Virus record (IMG/VR): IMGVR_UViG_3300005589_000018
Coordinates: 1-37,078 of that record
Source: a virus
Taxonomy: Duplodnaviria; Caudoviricetes
Length of the DNA stretch: 37,078 nucleotides
Direction: 5' to 3' (one strand)
Shown here: one piece after another, positions 34,686 through 37,078 of the stretch
Layout of the letters: every line of letters begins with the position of its first letter
Numbering within the stretch: position 1 is the stretch's first letter
The notes under the pieces: model-generated
The model's input: the letters and a program-made list of their open reading frames with translations, nothing else
Databases searched by the model: none
Told to the model about the DNA's origin: nothing
Translations under genes and position numbers: made by a program

Positions 34686-35010
34686 CCGGCACATCCTGCG
34701 GGCTAATAGCGGCAATGATTTGCTCACAAACCGCAGCGAACCCTTTGCCGCCATTGGCTAGGTCGCCCATCAAGAATGCATAGACGTCATCTTCGTCAAA
34801 CTCCGCCCCGCCCTCGCGCAGAAACTCACACACGACAAAAGACACGTCGGAAATGGACGGCTTACCCGCGCCAATCTCCTGCATCATATTGATGAGCGTG
34901 GTGTTCGATTTGCGCAACTCGCCATCAATGCGGCGCAGAAGGCGGTTGCTAGGCACAAGGCGATATTGATCATCGCCATAGTTCAAGATGATTTCGCGGA
35001 AAACGCTCAT
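34636..35010 (-). CDS. Tail assembly chaperone (gpG-like)
   Basis: 124 aa between tail tube and TMP genes; slippery GAA AAA AAA G near the 3' end. Confidence 0.8.
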   Translation of the reverse strand: MSVFREIILNYGDDQYRLVPSNRLLRRIDGELRKSNTTLINMMQEIGAGKPSISDVSFVVCEFLREGGAEFDEDDVYAFLMGDLANGGKGFAAVCEQIIAAISPQDVPEKKAQAPKKKGQKKKG

Positions 35011-35019
35011 TTATCCCTC

Positions 35020-35424
35020 TTAGGTGTAGGTGATGGTGCCAGACGACGCGAGTTCGCCGGATACGGTGCCCGGTTCGGTGCCTTCTGCACCAGTTACGCC
35101 ATAAGACGTAATCCCAAACTTGCCTGCAAACGTCCCGAGGCCACCCACATCGACTTGGCAATCATAGGTGAATTGATCCACATCTGCCATAAACGTCAGG
35201 AGGTCATCATTTTTGCAGATGCCCTCAAAGCCCCCCGACATGGCCCACTCGCCAACCGCGTCGTCAATGAATGTCTGAACGCCAGCATCATCTTTGTCGG
35301 TGATCACAATGCCTGCCTTGGTGATTGTGAAGTTGTCGGACGTGCTGCCGACGATTGCCGTGTATGTAGACCCGCCGTCGAGGCTGATCTTGATGCGCAA
35401 AGCGCGTCCTGCAAAAGCTGCCAT
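35020..35424 (-). CDS. Major tail tube protein (TP901-1/GTA-like)
   Basis: MAAFAGR...IK, ITDKDD.G, F.G.F.ITS, LASSG; AGGAGG RBS. Confidence 0.85.
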   Translation of the reverse strand: MAAFAGRALRIKISLDGGSTYTAIVGSTSDNFTITKAGIVITDKDDAGVQTFIDDAVGEWAMSGGFEGICKNDDLLTFMADVDQFTYDCQVDVGGLGTFAGKFGITSYGVTGAEGTEPGTVSGELASSGTITYT

Positions 35425-35477
35425 GTCGAAAACCTCCTAGAAATGGCGTTTGAGAAAATATACCGCATTGCGGCGTC

Positions 35478-35897
35478 TTATGCTAGGTCAACGTCATAGG
35501 TTACTCCGAAGGTCATAACGGCGTGGCGTGTAACCCCATCAGGATCATCATAGAACGTGTCACCGATAAACCGTGACGCAATGTGATGCGCCCCGGAAAT
35601 GGCCAAATCCCCCAAGTGCAAAACGTCATATACAAGCCCGTGAATTTGCTTGGCCTCTTTCATGCCCTTATGCCGCGTCCAGATATGAACCTGACATACT
35701 GCGTCAATGCCGTTACTTGTCTTGGTATCCATCGGGGATAGAACATCGCGCCCGATCACGACAAAGGGAAAGGCGCTGTCGTCTTCACTCTGCGCAGCCT
35801 GTGGCACATGGTCATAAACAGCGACAATCGCCGCCATGAGTGAAGCGTTCCCGGTTAGGGCGCTATAAATCGCGCTTTGCAGTGCGTCAGCCTTCAT
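35478..35897 (-). CDS. Tail terminator (DUF3168)
   Basis: ALQ.AIY.AL, VYDHVP, FPFVVIG, DPDG.TRH motifs. Confidence 0.88.
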   Translation of the reverse strand: MKADALQSAIYSALTGNASLMAAIVAVYDHVPQAAQSEDDSAFPFVVIGRDVLSPMDTKTSNGIDAVCQVHIWTRHKGMKEAKQIHGLVYDVLHLGDLAISGAHHIASRFIGDTFYDDPDGVTRHAVMTFGVTYDVDLA

Positions 35898-36328
35898 TTG
35901 ATAGCCCTCTCTAGCGCGCCCTCTATTAGCCCCTTGATCTTAGGCCAGTATTGCTTTGCAACTGGCATCCACACCGGACGCTCCTCCGGCATGCGAGACG
36001 TTCCCCATTCCAAATAGGCCGCATACATCAGCCCGCTAAACACCGACGCCCGCGCAAATCCCTTGCGGTCGAACATCACGCTATTCGCCAGCCGTCCAGT
36101 ATCGCTCATGGGTGCCTCACCCGGCGCAGATGCTTGGTGAACAACGCCACGCCGCTTATAGACGCGTCCAGTCGCCGGGCCTTGCTGAATACGGCGCTTG
36201 ATTTCGGACTGCATCATGAGGCCACCAGCTGCAACAGCATCGTCAACGCCCTTGCGCATTTCTGCGGTCAACTGACCAGCCGCTTGCTCAAATGCTCTTA
36301 GCCCCTTGACCTCAACGCGAATGCTCAC
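35894..36328 (-). CDS. HK97 gp10-like tail completion protein
   Basis: SAPGEAP.SDTG.L..S, YA.YLE.GT..M..RP motifs. Confidence 0.88.
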   Translation of the reverse strand: MSIRVEVKGLRAFEQAAGQLTAEMRKGVDDAVAAGGLMMQSEIKRRIQQGPATGRVYKRRGVVHQASAPGEAPMSDTGRLANSVMFDRKGFARASVFSGLMYAAYLEWGTSRMPEERPVWMPVAKQYWPKIKGLIEGALERAIK

Positions 36329-36672
36329 ACCGGCACCCCTTGATCTACATCAATAACCAACCATTGATTGCGAAACTCCAGATTGTTGATAAACCGGATA
36401 TTGTGACGCCGCCCGTCAATCTCGATTGCGTCCTTTTCGGTCAGCCCCGAGAAATACCGAACCACCACACGCAGGCGCGCGGTTGCCTCCACACGGTCAG
36501 ACGCATATCGCTCCGAGCCAGAGAGCGCCTTCACATTGCCCCGCGTCGGGCTGTCTGAGATAGCAGCCCAAGAGGACGTGACGCCGCCCATGCCATCGGC
36601 TGTCTGCGTCTCGCGCTGAAACACAACAGCCGTGCGCAGGTCAGACGCCTTGTATTTGGAGCAGCACATCAT
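36325..36672 (-). CDS. Head closure protein (SPP1 gp16-like)
   Basis: LR..V.FQ.....DG.GG....W, .SG.E, VRY motifs. Confidence 0.88.
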   Translation of the reverse strand: MMCCSKYKASDLRTAVVFQRETQTADGMGGVTSSWAAISDSPTRGNVKALSGSERYASDRVEATARLRVVVRYFSGLTEKDAIEIDGRRHNIRFINNLEFRNQWLVIDVDQGVPV

Positions 36673-37078
36673 GAGAACGGCAATTCATCGTGGCGACGAT
36701 ACGGCGAGACAAGTCGGGCCATTTGGTCCGTCACCCCTTCGCACGTGCCGTCATAAAGCGTAGAAACATACATCTTGATTGCCTGCACGATTGGCGCGGG
36801 AATGCTGCCCGAGCCATACCCCGCGACATACGTGATTTCCACAGCGTTCGTTGCGCGAAGTTCGGCTGGCCATGTTTCGCCCTCATTGAGATATACGCGC
36901 CCCCCTTGCAGGTCCACTTGGTAATTGTCGCTCGAAAACGTGCTGCTATCGTTTGCCCGGTCATAGGTCACAACGCTAGTGACGCTTTGAAGCGGCCCAA
37001 ACGGAAGGTCTATGCGGTCAGGATTACCGAGAACATAAGAGCGCGGCAGATCATGGACGCCACCGCCAAGCGACATAA
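36669..37078 (-). CDS. Head-tail connector, 3' part (continues from 285..1)
   Basis: LP.GPLQSV.SV, V.ITY.AGYG, P.PI.QAI, L..PYR motifs; in frame across the join. Confidence 0.88.
   Translation of the reverse strand, partial: MSLGGGVHDLPRSYVLGNPDRIDLPFGPLQSVTSVVTYDRANDSSTFSSDNYQVDLQGGRVYLNEGETWPAELRATNAVEITYVAGYGSGSIPAPIVQAIKMYVSTLYDGTCEGVTDQMARLVSPYRRHDELPFS
37029..37078. repeat. Second copy of the 50-bp terminal overlap
   Basis: Identical to 1-50. Confidence 0.97.

Noticed and set aside
37029-37078. 50-bp terminal repeat as a biological direct terminal repeat or att site
   Set aside because: It falls inside the connector gene, which reads through the join; best explained as assembly overlap of a circular or permuted genome

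Overview
The window is an apparently complete, circular ~37.0 kb siphovirus genome. Bases 1-50 are identical to 37029-37078, and the head-tail connector gene reads in frame across that join. The host is probably an alphaproteobacterium (Rhodobacteraceae-like; inferred from GTA-like head and tail genes and apparent GANTC depletion). An overlapping divergent promoter at ~11.5 kb splits two arms. The leftward arm (RHH regulator, DUF3987-like replication ATPase, AT-rich putative origin, tandem wHTH protein) runs into the minus-strand virion and lysis genes: T1-like terminase, HK97-type portal/protease/capsid, non-contractile tail, tailspike, amidase and spanins. The rightward arm carries a Sak4-like ATPase, SSB, YqaJ exonuclease, an SNF2-like helicase + DNA methyltransferase module, a RadD-like helicase, VRR-NUC and small accessory genes. 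I found no integrase, CI-type repressor, DNA polymerase, primase, tRNA or CRISPR array. Most notable observations: (1) a ~265-nt multi-stem, pseudoknotted, possibly switchable ncRNA candidate where the arms converge (23518-23782); (2) three promoters with the same TGACG-N3-CGTCA palindrome exactly 3 bp upstream of the -35; (3) a separately promoted helicase-methyltransferase module with a structured leader; (4) a YqaJ nuclease whose catalytic Asp reads as Tyr; (5) candidate anti-defence genes; (6) an expanded lysis cassette. Protein family calls come from motif recognition by eye, not database searches.
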